Shown here: in pieces, positions 23,254 to 37,254 of the stretch
Position numbering within the stretch: position 1 is the first letter of the stretch
Layout: the number at the start of each line of letters is the position of its first letter
DNA from: Phaeosaccion multiseriatum
Taxonomy: Eukaryota; Protista; Ochrophyta, other classes
DNA length: 64,000 bases
NCBI GenBank assembly: GCA_965112735.1
Contig: OZ218950.1
Location: forward strand, 620,001 to 684,000
Direction: 5' to 3'
Program-made: the position numbers and the translations under genes
Notes under the pieces: model-generated
Told to the model about the DNA's origin: nothing
Seen by the model: only the letters and a program-made list of their open reading frames with translations
Databases searched by the model: none

Positions 23254-24132
23254 CTACTCTTCCGGCTGCCCATCTGCTGCTACTGCCGCTGTATCACCAA
23301 CTGCTGTGTCACCACCACTGGCGAGGGCGGCCTTGTGATCATGGAGGTGTATAACGGCCTTCCCGTCGTCCACGTGTCCCTTCATCAGGCAAATTACCTC
23401 CCCGTGCGGCCACGTGTTGCTCAGACCGGCCACCAGCTGGGGCAGGATGGGATGGCAGTGGATGGGGATGGAGGGGGGGGGGGGGCAAAGGGGAAATAAA
23501 GGGGGGCGGGGGGGGAGGGGCGAAGGAGAGAGAGAGTGAGTGCTTTAACTTCGAGGTGGAAGAGAAGGACATGGAGGGAGAGAGAGAGAGAGTTATCCCT
23601 CCATCATACAACTGCCGACGGCTTAACGCTAAGCAGCTGGTGATACATAGCATATGCATAGTAGTTGGTGATACATTACATGCGCTAACATGAGTCTACC
23701 CAGGCTTAAAGAAAGACTACATACCTCGCCAAGGAAGGAGTGCAGCGCGGCCCCGCACGTACTTCCCGCGGGCCATCCACTGCCATCCCCCTCCCCCTTC
23801 TCCCCCTCCTCTTCCTCCTCCTCCTCCTCCTCCTCCTCCTCCTCCTCCTCCTCCTCCTCCTCCTCCTCCTCCTCCTCCTCCTCCTCCTCCTCCTCCTCCT
23901 CCTCCTCCTCCTCCTCCTCCTCCTCCTCCTCCTCCTCCTCCTCCTCCTCCTCCTCCTCCTCCTCCTGCTCCTCCTCCTCCTCCTCCTCCTCCTCCTCCTC
24001 CTCCTCCTCCTCCCCCGCCCCTGTGTCCACGCTCTCGGTGACCATGGTCTGTCCCCCCGCAGCAACGCTGTCGGCCACACGCGCGAGGGCTTCCCAGAAG
24101 TCGAACAGCGTCAGGACTCCGTTCTGGGGTGG

Positions 24133-24202
<70 letters not shown>

Positions 24203-26557
24203 AGACGACGCATGCCCCATGATTTGCATGACATGCATAGATTCATTTAGGTTAGGGGTACAGCAGCAAGAATACTCATGAGGGGAGAAGTAAGGTTCCT
24301 CCCTCCCTCCCTCCCTCCCTCCCTCCCTCCCTCTCTCCCTCCCTCCCTCCCTCCCTCCCTCCCTCCCTCCCTCCCTCCCTCCCCCCCCCCCCCCTCTCCC
24401 TCTCTCTCTCTCACCTCGTCTCTATCCCTAAGCTCGTCCACCACATAGAGCCTGCTTGCGAGGAAGCACTCCTTGGCCACACTCGGGTCCAAGCGGTCGG
24501 GGCTGATGCCTGCGTGGGCGAGTAAGCTGTGCAGCAGGTGGTGATACAGCAGTCACAGAACACGCACGACACCAACGTTCAGCATACCATTCGATCCAAT
24601 CATTCCGAAGCAGGGCGAAGCAAGCAAGTGGGCAGGGCAGAGTAGCGATGAGCGGCAGGGGGGATTCAGAGCGGCTCTTTCACAGCTTTCAGAGCACATT
24701 CACAGTGTCAGAGCCTCAGACTGCTCGACCGAAATGGTCTTGAGACAAGCGGTCGCCTAGGTTTGAGTTTGAGTTTAAAGGAGGGAAGCGAAGCGGACAC
24801 TGACACTAGCCGCTGGACATGACATGAGCACTGACACTGGCAGGCAACTGCCCCGGCCATTCCACGTTCCACTGGCACTGGGTCCTGGCACTGGCCAAGG
24901 CACTGACACTGGACACTGACCTGCCCCAGTCCGTGAGTGAGAAGCGCTGCAGCACCTTTTTCACCACGCCGCGCCGCCGCCGGTCCATCTTCAGAGATAA
25001 ATTGTTGATAGGGTACACCTGTTGGTCATTCGCCATTCGGTTAGTCATTTGTTGGTTGGCTGGTTGGTCCTTCGGTTGGTGATTCGGGTGGTCGCTTGTT
25101 TGTCTTTCGGGGTAAGCAAGTCGGCCTTGTACGGAGGACGCCACAGGATACACACACACACACCCATTGACTCACTACCCACCCACCTACTGACTTGCTA
25201 CATACCTTCCAGAGCGCCTCGACGAGTCCTCCGTGCTCTCTCATCACCTTGTCCACCCCCCGTGTGTATAGCCTCGCCTCTCGGTAGGCGTCATGGTCGG
25301 CCTTTGCGCTGACGGGAAGGCGCTCCTCCATGCAACACAGCAGAGCTCGCAGGCCCTGCAGAAGGCTGCTTTGGCTCCGACTCTGGCTTGAGGGAGGGAG
25401 GCTGGAGCTGCTGCAGTTGTTGTTGTTGTTGTTGTTGTTGGAGGTTACGATTCCTCCCTCTCCTCCTCCTCCTCCTCCCACTGCCTCTTCCCCTCCTTCT
25501 ACGGCTGCTGCTGCTGCTACTACCCCATTCGCCACCGACGTAGACGTGGATGTCCGGTTGGCTTTCAAGGCTGCCGCCTTCAAACCCCCTCCTCCTTTCT
25601 TGCTGGGCTGTTTCTGACTGCGGTAGATGGCAGCAGATGTGCGCACGAGCACCTCGAGCCATTGGGGCTCCAAGAGGTGGGCTTCAGAGAACTCCGCGAG
25701 GGTCTGAATGTCTTGGGTAGCCTCGCCGTCCTGGAGGGAGGGAGGGATGGAGGGGGGAGGAGGAGGAGGAGGAGGAGGAGGAATGCGCGTGTAAAAGTGA
25801 GAGATTGGCGTTCGTGCGTGCGTGCGTGCGTGCGTGCGTGGGTCCTGACCTTGTTCATGACTGCGATGAAGACTCTCTCGAGCTCATTGGCAAGCTGCTT
25901 GGGGGCCTCGGGACACACACACTGCGTGAACAGCAGGAACTGGGGGGGGTATGGCAGTGGATGGGGAGGAGGAGCAGCAGGAGGAGGAGCAGCAGTTGGT
26001 TATAGAGCAGAGTGGAAACATCCCCTTTCCTTCCTTCCTTCCTTCCATCCTTCCTTCCTTCCTTCCTTCCTTCCTTCCTTCCTTCCTTCCTTCCTTCCTT
26101 CCTTCCTTCCTTCCTTCCTTCCTTCCTTTCTTCTGTCACTTGCTCCCGACCATTTGATGTGCTCCCATCCACTGCCATCCCTCCCCCTGTCCACCCCACC
26201 CCTCTCCCTCCCTCCCTCCCTCCCTCTCTCCCCACCCTTCCTTCTCCCTCACCTGCTCGCGACTCAATTGATATGCCCCGGACACCGGCTCGCCCGTAGT
26301 GCCCCCTAAGCTCACAAAGTGATCAAAGGTACTTAATATCATCTTGAACGAAGCCCTCAGCACCCCCTCCACCTCCATGGACTCCTCCTCCACGGTTGCC
26401 TCTCCACTCGAGACGCGCTTGTTGCCCGACGCCATGAACCTCCACCACCGATCGTGCATCAACACCCGGGACCAGGTCACTGTGAAACGGTGGGCCATGA
26501 CCCCGTCGGCTCGGTTATACACGTCACCCGCGCCTCTCTTGCACCCTCCTCCTCCTC

Positions 26558-26605
<48 letters not shown>

Positions 26606-26937
26606 GTGCTGTTGTATCGCCAACTGCAGCATCACTAGGTGCCCCTCTGGAGGTGATGCTGTTGCTGGAGGAGTTCTGAGCCGTGGCCTTGCGTTCCAAA
26701 CCCTTCCCAGGGGGCCCTCTTACGCCGCCGTTTGTGACACTAGGACCACTGCAAGTAGTGGTCACATTTTTCCTCGTGTTGGTGATACTCCCACGCCGTA
26801 GCAGACCCCCTGTGCCATCACTACCCGCCTCTGCTCGTCCGTACATGAGGCCATCCAAGGCCAGCTCCCATGGTCTGTTTGGGTCTCCTCCTCCTGCGAT
26901 ACCCAAGCCTCCCCCCCCCACTGCTTCGAGACCGCTC
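23254..26937 (-). CDS. Gene B copy with a very long (CCT)n poly-Glu tract
   Basis: Same exon structure. The (CCT)n tract spans ~23805-24012. Confidence 0.7.
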
Positions 26938-28684
26938 CTGGGAGGGGGGTGAACTTCAATCGGCCGTCTCTCTTCCCAGGGGGGCACGACAAAGCCGACG
27001 AAGGGGCAGGGAGGGGGGCGTGGCGCTCCCTCCCCACTCTCTCTACTGTCTCTCTTGTTGTGATGAGAGGAAGTCAGAGTGATAGAAGGAGCGCAGCGCG
27101 GCCCCGCACGTACTTCCCGCGGGCCATCCGCTGCCATCTCCCTCCCCCTCCTCCTCCCCCTCCTCCCCCGCCCCTGTGTCCATGGTCTATCCCCCCTCAG
27201 CAACGCCCACACGGGCGAGGGATTCGAATGAACAACAGCGTGTCTATGGATGACTCAGGGATTAGTGGCAGCTCCTCTCACTCTCAGGAGGATGCTGGTG
27301 CCGGGCCCGAGCTGGGCGGTCCTGACTCGGAGTGAGCCCCTACCTCGCGCGAACGAAATCTTGAGCCCTCATTTACACTCTTGTTTGTAAACTCACTACT
27401 GCACGTGGAAATACATGAAAATTCACACACAGCACGTTCATAAGCCCCCAAGTCACAGTTATTCGGCCCCTTCCACAGCAGTGAAGCGATGTGGGTGGCG
27501 ACTGTTTTCATCAAGGCCCATCACGTGTATTGACTTACTCTACTCTTCACACCCACTGTACGAACCAAGCCTCAAGCTTCACCACGGCGAAGAAAACGGT
27601 GAGGCGGACTAGCTGAGGCCATCGGGTCACTAAATCCCAAGTCCCGAGGTATCAGCAGCAGGGCCCTCCACACGCACGCACGCTCGCAGCGCCTTCCGTC
27701 CGCGCCTCTTCTTCTCACTCGCCGTCACCATGCTCTCCTCCAGCACCGCCCACTCCTCCTTCAGCTTGTCGTCATCATCATCCTCCCGTACTTCTCCTGA
27801 GCGATAGCGGTGGTAGGCAGACACAAAGCCTCGGATCGTGCTCTCCAGGCTCGCCCCCTTCCTCTTTGTGCGCACAGCGAGGTGGGGCATCAGCAACACT
27901 TTACTCCGGCCCACAGCCACCACCACGCCATTCGATAGCTCCCTGCCCCGACGGCCGCAGAAGGCCGTGGCAGCTTCAGCCCCGCCATCTTCCAGCCCTC
28001 TCCACAGGTCACAGGGCAGTTGAATCTCGTCCCCGGCATGAAGCCCCAGCCCCGCAAGCAAACCCACCCCATTCCCATCCTCCAGTGCCTCCTTCCTCTC
28101 CTCCCCTCCCCCAGCCATTGAAGGGGCGCATTTTGCCCTCTTGCTTCCTCTCCCATTGATGTCCTCCGCAGCTCCTCGCTTGGGCACAGGCGTACAACGG
28201 GCAATCTCCTCCTTCTGCTCCGCTCCCTCCCTCTTCACTCGTGCATGCCTCTTGCACATCCCATCTAGCTTCCGTTGCTTTTCGCACCCCTCAACAGTAC
28301 ACCTCTTCCGTACCACCACCGCTCCGTGAGCCAGGCAAAGTCCTCCCTGTCGCGACTGCTTGTCGCACCCCTCAACAGTACACCTCTTCACCACAGCTCC
28401 ATGGCCCTGGCAAAGTCCTCCTTGGATTCGCTGCTTGTCGCACCCCTCAACAGTACACCCCTTCACCACAGCTCCATGGGCCTGGCAAAGTCCTCCTTGG
28501 ACCCGCCGCTTGTCGCACCCCTCAACAGTACACCCCTTCACCACAGCCCCGTGCCCTTTGCAAAGTCCTCCCTGTTGCGACTCCTTCTCGCACCCCTCCA
28601 CAGTACACTTCTTCCGCACAGCTCCATGGCCCTTGCAAAGTCCTCCCTGTTGCGAATGCTTCTCGCACCCCTCAACAGTACACC

Positions 28685-28870
28685 TGTTGCGATATCTCCT
28701 CTACGATGACAGGGACAAGCTAGAGTAGTGTCAACTCGTGTATTAATAATACCTACTGAGAGATGCGTTCAAGGAAGTGATGGCCGTGGCCATACATGAA
28801 CATCGATATCCACATCGATATTGTACGTCGATATAGTGCTCAGTCACAAATGGCGATACTTATCACAACA
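28685..28870 (-). repeat. Copia 3' LTR (186 bp)
   Basis: Identical by eye to 33903-34088. A short purine tract aggaggg precedes it on the minus strand. Confidence 0.95.
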
Positions 28871-29007
28871 CCCTCCTATGACTGAATCACTATCTCTCTT
28901 GATAGCTGACACTCTACCACAAACACGATGAGGAAACACCTGACTTGCCCTAAAACCCCCCCGAGACAAAGTCCTGAAAACCTCATACTAAAACTACTGA
29001 ACTAAAA

Positions 29008-32000
29008 CTAGTCCCCCCCTTTCCTGTCTCCCTTCTTGAGCATCTGCCCCGCCAGACCGCTGTGTACCTGAGGTGCCAATGCCTTGGTCATGATGTCCCC
29101 AAGCTGGTCCTTTGTGCTGATGTACTGAAACCGAACGTGTCCCTTGTCCACGTGGTACTGCAGGAAATGATAACGAATGTCGATGTGACGTACGCGCTTG
29201 GTGCCCGCGTTGCCATTTGCCATCTGAATGCACCCTTGATTGTCCTCGTGCACAATCGACTCCGTCATGTTGGCTCCTGGAAACAGAAACTCCAGAATCC
29301 CTCTGTGAAACAGCAACTCCTTCACTGCTTCCGCTGCGGCCATGTACTCACTCTCCATAGAGCACTGTGCTATGACCTTAAATAGTGTTGCCTTGTGAGC
29401 AATCACTCCCCCGCCGAATGTCACGACGTATCCCCCTGAGCTCCTGCGCCTGTCGACGTCATCTGCCCAGCTCGAGTCTGCGTATGCCTCCAGATGAAGC
29501 CCCGCCTCTCGATCAAACTCAATTCCCAAGTCTAAACTACCTCTAAAGTACCCGAAAATGCGCTGCAATGCTGCCCAGTGTCGAGGCCCCGGCCTCTTCA
29601 TAAAACGAGCACACTGCATGATGGCGAAGGATACATCAAGCCTCACCCAGTTGGCAACCCATAGGATTGACCCTACCGCTGAGCAGTATGGTTTGTCCTG
29701 CATGAATTCCTCCTCCTCTGTGGTGCTTGGCTCCATACCCACTGACAAATGTACCCCCTGCTCTGCTGGTGAGCCGTACACAGGTACCTCCGTCATGTCG
29801 AACTTCTCAAGCATCGCTCTAAGATACCCTCCTAGCGAAAGCCTGAGCTGTCCCGCCTCGAATGCGTAGTCAACTTCAACTCCCAGAAATTTCCCCACAT
29901 TCGACCCCAAACGCTTCAACTTGAAACGCTCGTCAATCTCCTTGAAAGTGCAGTCAATGAGATTTCCCTCCCCTGACCCTCCTAGGTCGTCTACATATAG
30001 AATGATGAGCCCTATTAGCTCCCCCTCCTCGAACCTGGCGAACAGACACGGATCCACTGGGCACTGTACCCACCCCATTGCGAGTAGAAATGCCACCACT
30101 GTCTCGTTCCACCTCTTGGGAGACTGATGAAGACCGTACAGACTCTTCAACAGCCTCAGCACCTTCCCGAACTTTCTCATGCCCTCTGGTGCTCTAATGT
30201 ACACGTACTCCCCCTCATGCAGAGGTGCATGCAGGAAAGCCGTCTCCACATCTGCAAACTCCAATACCCACTTCTTCTGGCACGTGATAGCAAAGAACAT
30301 CTTCATCGTCGAGCTCCCCACCACTGGTGCAAAGGTATCAAAGTAATCCTCCCCCTCGATCTGCTCGTTCCCCATCACGACAAATCGACACTTGAGCCTA
30401 TCCACAAGTCCCCCAGTCACCTTTGCTCTGAATAGCATGACTGTATGCAGCACATTCATCCCCTCTTGATAATCAACCTCCTCCCATACCTGGCGTTGCT
30501 CGATCGCGTTGAGCTCTGCCCAGTACGCCTCCGTCCATTGCTCCGCGTACTCTCCTGCTTGAGCCTGGGCCAGAGACCGCGGTATCGGTACCTCGCTCTC
30601 CTTTAGGCCTGGCATCAGAAAGAGTGGGCCTAGTATGGAGGAGACAGCATGTCAGTGCTTGCCGCTACGCGTGCGGCCCAGGCTGGGATCGTGGCCCCAG
30701 TCGTGCTCCTTGGCTCCCTTGTCGCCATCTTTGGCCACCTCGTATGTCCAGAGTTTGCCTCTCTCTGGCGGCTCAGCCTGCTGCGTTGGCTCTTCCTGCT
30801 GCTGCTCTGCCTGTTGCTGCTCTGCCTGCTGCTGCTGCTGCTCTTGCTGCTCTACTTGCTGTTTCTGCTGCTCTCTCTGTTGCTGCTTTGCCGTCTGCTC
30901 CCTCTGTTGCCGCTCGGCGTGCTGACGTCGCTCCAGGCCTTCTCCTTCGAGTTGTAACTTCTCCACGAACTCTCGGGTGAGAACCTGTTCCCAGCGTGAT
31001 GTCTGTTGCTGCTGTGGGGCTGGCTGTGCCTCCTCTAATCTCGTGTTCCATGTGACGGTTCCACTCTTGGTCCCGCCCCCACCTCCCCCGCTCGCGCTAC
31101 TGCTGCTGCTCCTGCTGCTGCTCCTGCTGCTGCTCCTGCTGCTGCTCCCGCTGCTCGAGGGCTGGTCCTCGTCCTCGCTGTCATCCTCCTTCTCCGCTGT
31201 CTCTGGTAGCTTCCCCTTCTCCACGTGACTCCCGAACACCGTGCCGTCGTGTCTGCGGTTCGTCACGAATGTGTAGGACGAGCTGGAGATGAACCGCTTC
31301 TGTGAAGGGATGTAGAAAAGGAGACAGGCTGATCTGTGGTTGGGGCTCTGTCCCACGTACACTGCCGAGTGCGTCTTGTCGTTGTGCCACTGCTTGTGCT
31401 TCTTGTTGCCCACCCGCACCTTCGCCTGCTCTCCGAAGATGTGTAGGTGCTGTAGGTCAGGCTTGCGCTTGAAATACAGCTCGTAGGGGGACTGCTGCTG
31501 CCCCCTCCTGCACCTGGTGTTGTAGAGAAGCTGCGCCAACTTGTACGCTACGAACCTCAGCTGCTTCGAGTGCTCCTCCAGCTTCGCCTCCTCAATGAAA
31601 AGAATAGACATTCGCGCCAGCTCCTTGTGTCGAGCCTCGTTCAGTCCGTTCTGCGCTTGACAATTGGGGTCCGTCAGCTTGACCTCAATGCCCTGGGAGT
31701 AGAGCATCTTCTTCGCTGCCTTCGTCTTGATGAGCTCCGATCCGTTGTCTGCTGACAGACACTGCACCTTGTACCCCGCTGTCCTCTCCCCTGGAATGAA
31801 TACTGTGGTGTTGAGGTCGTCATACACGCTCTGGAAGTGCGCCTCCGTCTTTCCCCCCACCTTCCTGCACCAGCCCATACCCGTGTGCGGGCAGCACGCC
31901 TGCAACACGTGCTCTCCTTCGAGAGGAATGGTGTCGAGCGTTACCTGTGCCAGCGGTGCCTTGGGGTAGTCGATGAACTGCTTACTCTGAGCTGCCTTCG

Positions 32001-33789
32001 TCATCTTCACCTCTGCGCAAGTCTTGCACGGCGCCCTCTTCCCGCACAGTGTCACGCCCTCCAGCTTGGCCTGTCGCCGTAGTTCTTGATCGTTGCGGTG
32101 GCCCTTCTTGCAGTGGTAAGTCATGTAATCACTCCACTGCTCCGTGGCCTCCTCGATCTTGAATTGTAGCATGTCAAGCCCCAGCTCTGGGTCCTGCGTC
32201 GTGTGCACCGTCTCTGGTGCGTCTGCTGAGGGGCCGAAATAGACTGGCTTCCCCGCTGGCCTTGCGCTCCCCCCAGTAGGTCTGAGAGGTTCTTCTCTGC
32301 AAAAATGCAGAAAGGTACGTCTGGCGACACCACTACCTCCAGCCCCTTCAGTCCTCTTTTGCCGTCGTTGGAGACGTAGCTGATGTTCACCTTCCCTTTG
32401 CCCATTATCTGCGCGTGCGACTTGCCGTCTGCGAGTTGCACTAAACTCTGATGAGCGCAGAAATCGTACAGTCCATCCAAGTTGGGCCACACATTGAGCG
32501 CCGATCCGCTGTCTGCGAGCCCCTGCCGTGTGCCATCCGCCCCCGACTTCAGCTTGGACATATGGTAGAGAGAATGGCCGCTCCCCCTCTCCTGTAGCGT
32601 CCACGGAATGCTGAAAATGGCGCTGGTGGAGCCTTCCACATGCTCGCCATCTTTCTTCTTCCTGCTGTTTGGGCAGTCTGCACGCTGGTGCCCCGGCTTG
32701 TGGCAGTTGAAACACAGCTCCTCCTTGGACGGACACGTCGTCCGCATGTGCCCCTTTCTCCCACACCTGTAACAGCGTGTGTTGGACCGATCTTTCTCTC
32801 CTGCCCCTGTGGTGGTCTGTCTACCCCCCTGCTGGTTGCTGTGTCTTCTGCCTTTGCTGGTAAATGTGGAAAAGGCCCCGCTCAAGGTCCTCTCCCGCCT
32901 CCCTCGCTTGCGCTTGGAGGTCACTGTCAAACCGCTGCACTTGCTGTTTGAACCGATTAAACTCGTCCTCTGTCTCTACCGAATGACCGTGCACTTGGCC
33001 GAACGACTCCCATCTCTGCCCCATACGCCTGAGGAACTTGTCCTTGATGATGGAGTAGGACATAGGAAGCTGCTCCTCCGTCATCAACACGTTGAGTTGG
33101 AGAAACTTGTTGAGGTAGGCAAGTCCCGTCTCCCCCACCCCTGGCCTCAGATCGTGCATCTCGGAGGTGAGAAACTCTTGTCGCTGTGACTGCGTGCTCC
33201 CCATCACTGCCTCCTTGATTGCCTGCATCAATAGTACCAGGTCCACTTGGAACCGCGCTGTGCGAGTGCGTTCTTCTATGGCATCCCTCATGTCCGAGGG
33301 AATGGCCTCCAAAATCTTGAGGCCCGTCTGTTGGTACAGACTGAACGTCAGGGCATACTTAGAGTCCCGGGAGGCGTCGTCTGCGTTGGGGATCTTATCA
33401 CTATCCACCAAGAATGCCTTTGCCCCCATCCCCCCTATGTGATCCGTGACCGCTCGCATAAATCGCAAGAGAGGCATCACTCCCTCCGATTCCAACTTCT
33501 TGTCAAACTCATTGTTCTTCGGCTTGAACGTGAGTTCTAGCAGCTGCTGTGCTGTACTCCCCCCCCCGCTGGGGGTCACTGTTCCTCCGACTGAGGAGAT
33601 AGTGACTGGTGCTGCGGCCGCTGCCGTGGGCACTCCTTGCTGTGTGATGTGTTTGGCCAACGCTGCCGCTATCATCTTTTCCATCATTTCAGCCATCTGC
33701 TGCTGTGCGTCTCCTTCTATCGCGGAACTCGCACTGACGGGCGCCGCTGCGTCCGCCTTTTCAACGCCTTCTTCTTCCGCGCCTGGCAT
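29008..33789 (-). CDS. Copia gag-pol polyprotein, broken by two frameshifts (~32830-32900 and ~32275) and an in-frame TGA at 30652-30654
   Basis: ORF pieces 32821-33789 (gag), 32121-32930 (knuckles, protease), 30652-32766 (integrase) and 29008-30615 (RT-RH). The last two are in the same frame. Confidence 0.88.
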
Positions 33790-33902
33790 GGCTAACGAAA
33801 GGACTCCTTCTCTCTCACTTGAGTTATCCGACCAAAACTCGCCTGTGTGCCGTCGCCGACTACGTAGAACCAGCTAGCTGTGAAGTGTCGCGACAGCTGT
33901 CG

Positions 33903-34088
33903 TGTTGCGATATCTCCTCTACGATGACAGGGACAAGCTAGAGTAGTGTCAACTCGTGTATTAATAATACCTACTGAGAGATGCGTTCAAGGAAGTGATG
34001 GCCGTGGCCATACATGAACATCGATATCCACATCGATATTGTACGTCGATATAGTGCTCAGTCACAAATGGCGATACTTATCACAACA
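33903..34088 (-). repeat. Copia 5' LTR (186 bp)
   Basis: Identical by eye to 28685-28870. Confidence 0.95.
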
Positions 34089-34775
34089 ACACCTCTTCCG
34101 TACCACCACAGCACCGTGGGCCACGCAAAGTCCTCCTTGGACCCGATGCTTGTCGCACCCCTCAACAGTACACCTCTTCATCACAGCTCCATGGCCCTTG
34201 CAAAGTCCTCCCCGTTGCGAATGCTTCTCGCACCCCTCAACAGTACATCTCTTCCGCATTCTCACAACTCCGCGCCCTTCAAACAATCCTCCTTGCACCT
34301 CCTTCGCGTTTCTTCAAAAGAATACAAGTGCTCCCCCGTGGACAAGAAGGCTCTTACAGCCCTTCCTTCACTGTCTGTCGTGGTCAAGAGAAGAGAGAGA
34401 AGTCGAATGCTTATGTGCCAAGTTGAAGGCCTCCAACCCGCGCATCGGCTGAAGACAAAGGAGGATAGATCCCCTTGCGTCCAGCCCAAGCGGTCTTGGA
34501 GAAGAGGAGGAGAGAAGGTTGTAAAAGAGGATAATCAAAAGAGGGAAGAGAGGGGAAGATATTTCTTAAGGGATGGGAGGGAGAGAAAGAAGGATGGGTG
34601 AAGGGGGGGAATCGGAAATCGAGTTTCAGTTTCAGCGTATTGGATCTGGACGAGGAGCCCAGCTCGGAGTCCCACAGAGCAAACACTCCCGACGGGTTCT
34701 TGGGGCTTTACGAGGCCCAAGGACTGAGGACGATACAATGCTTGCTTTGTGTCAAGAACAAGAGCTTCCTCACGA

Positions 34776-35491
34776 CTACTCTTCCGGCTGCCCATCTGCT
34801 GCTACTGCCGCTGTATCACCAACTGCTGTATCACCACCACTGGCGAGGGCGGCCTTGTGATCATGGAGGTGTATAACGGCCTTCCCGTCGTCCACGTGTC
34901 CCTTCATCAGGCAAATTACCTCCCCATGGGGCCACGTGTTGCTCAGACCGGCCACCAGCTGGGGCAGGATGGGATGGCAGTGGATGGGGATGACGGGACG
35001 GGGGGGGGGGGGGGCAAAGGGGAAACAAAGGGGGGCGGGGGGGGGGGGGCGAAGGAGAGAGAGGATGAGTGCTTTCACTTCGAGGTGGAAGAGAAGGAAA
35101 TGGAGGGAGAGAGAGATAGAGTTATCCCTCCATCATACAACTGCCGACGGCTTAGCGCTAAGCAGGTGGTGATACATAGCATATGCATAGTAGTTGGTGA
35201 TACATTACATGCGCTAACATGAGTCTACCCAGGCTTAAAGAAAGACTACATACCTCGCCAAGGAAGGAGCGCAGCGCGGCCCCGCACGTACTTCCCGCGG
35301 GCCATCCACTGCCATCCCCCTCCCCCTTCTCCCCCTCCTCCTCCTCTTCCTCCTCCTCCTCCTCCTCCCCCGCCCCTGTGTCCACGCTCTCGGTGACCAT
35401 GGTCTGTCCCCCCGCAGCAACGCTGTCGGCCACACGCGCGAGGGCTTCCCAGAAGTCGAACAGCGTCAGGATTCCGTTCTGGGGTGGGCAA

Positions 35492-35525
<34 letters not shown>

Positions 35526-35708
35526 AGACGACGCATGCCCCATGATTTGCATGACATGCATAGATTCATTGAGGTTAGGGGTACAGCAGGGGTTGGTGAT
35601 ACAGCAGCAAGAATACTCATGAGGGGAGAAGGAAGGTTCCTCCCTCCCTCCCTCCCTCCCTCTCTCCCTCTCTCCCTCCCTCCCCTCCCTCCCTCCCTCC
35701 CTCCCTCC

Positions 35709-35746
<38 letters not shown>

Positions 35747-37214
35747 TCGTCTCTATCCCTAAGCTCGTCCACCACATAGAGCCTGCTTGCGAGGAAGCAC
35801 TCCTTGGCCACACTCGGGTCCAAGCGGTCGGGGCCGATGCCTGCGTGGGCGAGTAAGCTGTGCAGCAGGTGGTGATACAGCAGTCACAGAACACGCACGA
35901 CACCAACGTTCCAACGTTCAGCGTACCATTCGATCCAATCATTTCGAAGCAGGGCGAAGCAAGCAAGTGGGCAGGGCAGAGTAGCGATGAGCGGCAGGGG
36001 GGATTCAGAGCGGCTCTTTCACAGCTTTCAGAGCACATTCACAGTGTCAGAGCCTCAGACTGCTCGACCGAAATGGTCTTGAGACAAGCGGTCGCCTAAG
36101 GGTTTGAGTTTGAGTTTAAAGGAGGGAAGCGAAGCGGACACTGACACTGGCCGCTGGACATGACATGAGCACTGACACTGGCAGGCAACTGCCCCGGCCA
36201 TTCCACGTTCCACTGGCACTGGCCAAGGCACTGACACTGGACACTGACCTGCCCCAGTCCGTGAGTGAGAAGCGCTGCAGCACCTTTTTCACCACGCCGC
36301 GCCGCCGCCGGTCCATCTTCAGAGATAAATTGTTGATAGGGTACACCTGTTGGCCATTCGCCATTCGGTTAGTCATTTGTTGGTTGGCTGGTTGGTCCTT
36401 CGGTTGGTGATTCGGATGGTCGCTTGTTTGTCTTTCGGGGTAAGCAAGTCGGCCTTGTACGGAGGACGCCACAGGATACACACACACACACCCATTGACT
36501 CACTACCCACCCACCTACTGACTTGCTACATACCTTCCAGAGCGCCTCGACCAGTCCTCCGTGCTCTCTCATCACCTTGTCCACCCCCCGTGTGTATAGC
36601 CTCGCCTCTCGGTAGGCGTCATGGTCGGCCTTTGCGCTGACGGGAAGGCGCTCCTCCATGCAACACAGCAGAGCTCGCAGGCCCTGCAGAAGGCTGCTTT
36701 GGCTCTGACTCTGGCTTGAGGGAGGGAGGCTGGAGCTGCTGCAGTTGCTGTTGTTGTTGTTGTTGTTGTTGTTGGAGGTTACGATTCCTCCCTCTCCTCC
36801 TCCTCCTCCTCCCACTGCCTCTTCCCCTCCTTCTACGGCTGCTGCTGCTGCTACTACCCCATTCGCCACCGACGTAGACGTGGATGTCCGGTTGGCTTTC
36901 AAGGCTGCCGCCTTCAAACCCCCTCCTCCTTTCTTGCTGGGCTGTTTCTGACTGCGGTAGATGGCAGCAGATGTGCGCACGAGCACCTCGAGCCATTGGT
37001 GCTCCAAGAGGTGGGCTTCAGAGAACTCCGCGAGGGTCTGAATGTCTTGGGTAGCCTCGCCGTCCTGGAGGGAGGGAGGGATGGAGGGGGGAGGAGGAGG
37101 AGGAGGAGGAGGAGGAGGAGGAGGAGGAGGAGGAGGAGGAGGAGGAGGACGAGGAGGAGGAGGAGGAGGAGGAGGAGGAGGAATGCGCGTGTAAAAGTGA
37201 GAGATTGGCGTTCG

Positions 37215-37254
<40 letters not shown>

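Larger units (their letters stand above)
28685..34088 (-). mobile_element. Ty1/Copia LTR retrotransposon, full length, 5-bp TSD ACACC
   Basis: TG...CA LTRs. acacc at 28680-28684 and 34089-34093. Domain order is gag, two CCHC knuckles, protease (ADSGS), integrase (D..DNG..E), RT (LYGLHQSP, YVDD), RNase H (ADSSW, EDNQG, HIDIRYH). Confidence 0.97.
27630..34259 (-). pseudogene. Zinc-finger gene copy 5 (8 repeats) interrupted by Copia
   Basis: Repeats at 28250-28684 and 34089-34259 rejoin in frame when the element and one TSD are removed. Confidence 0.9.
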
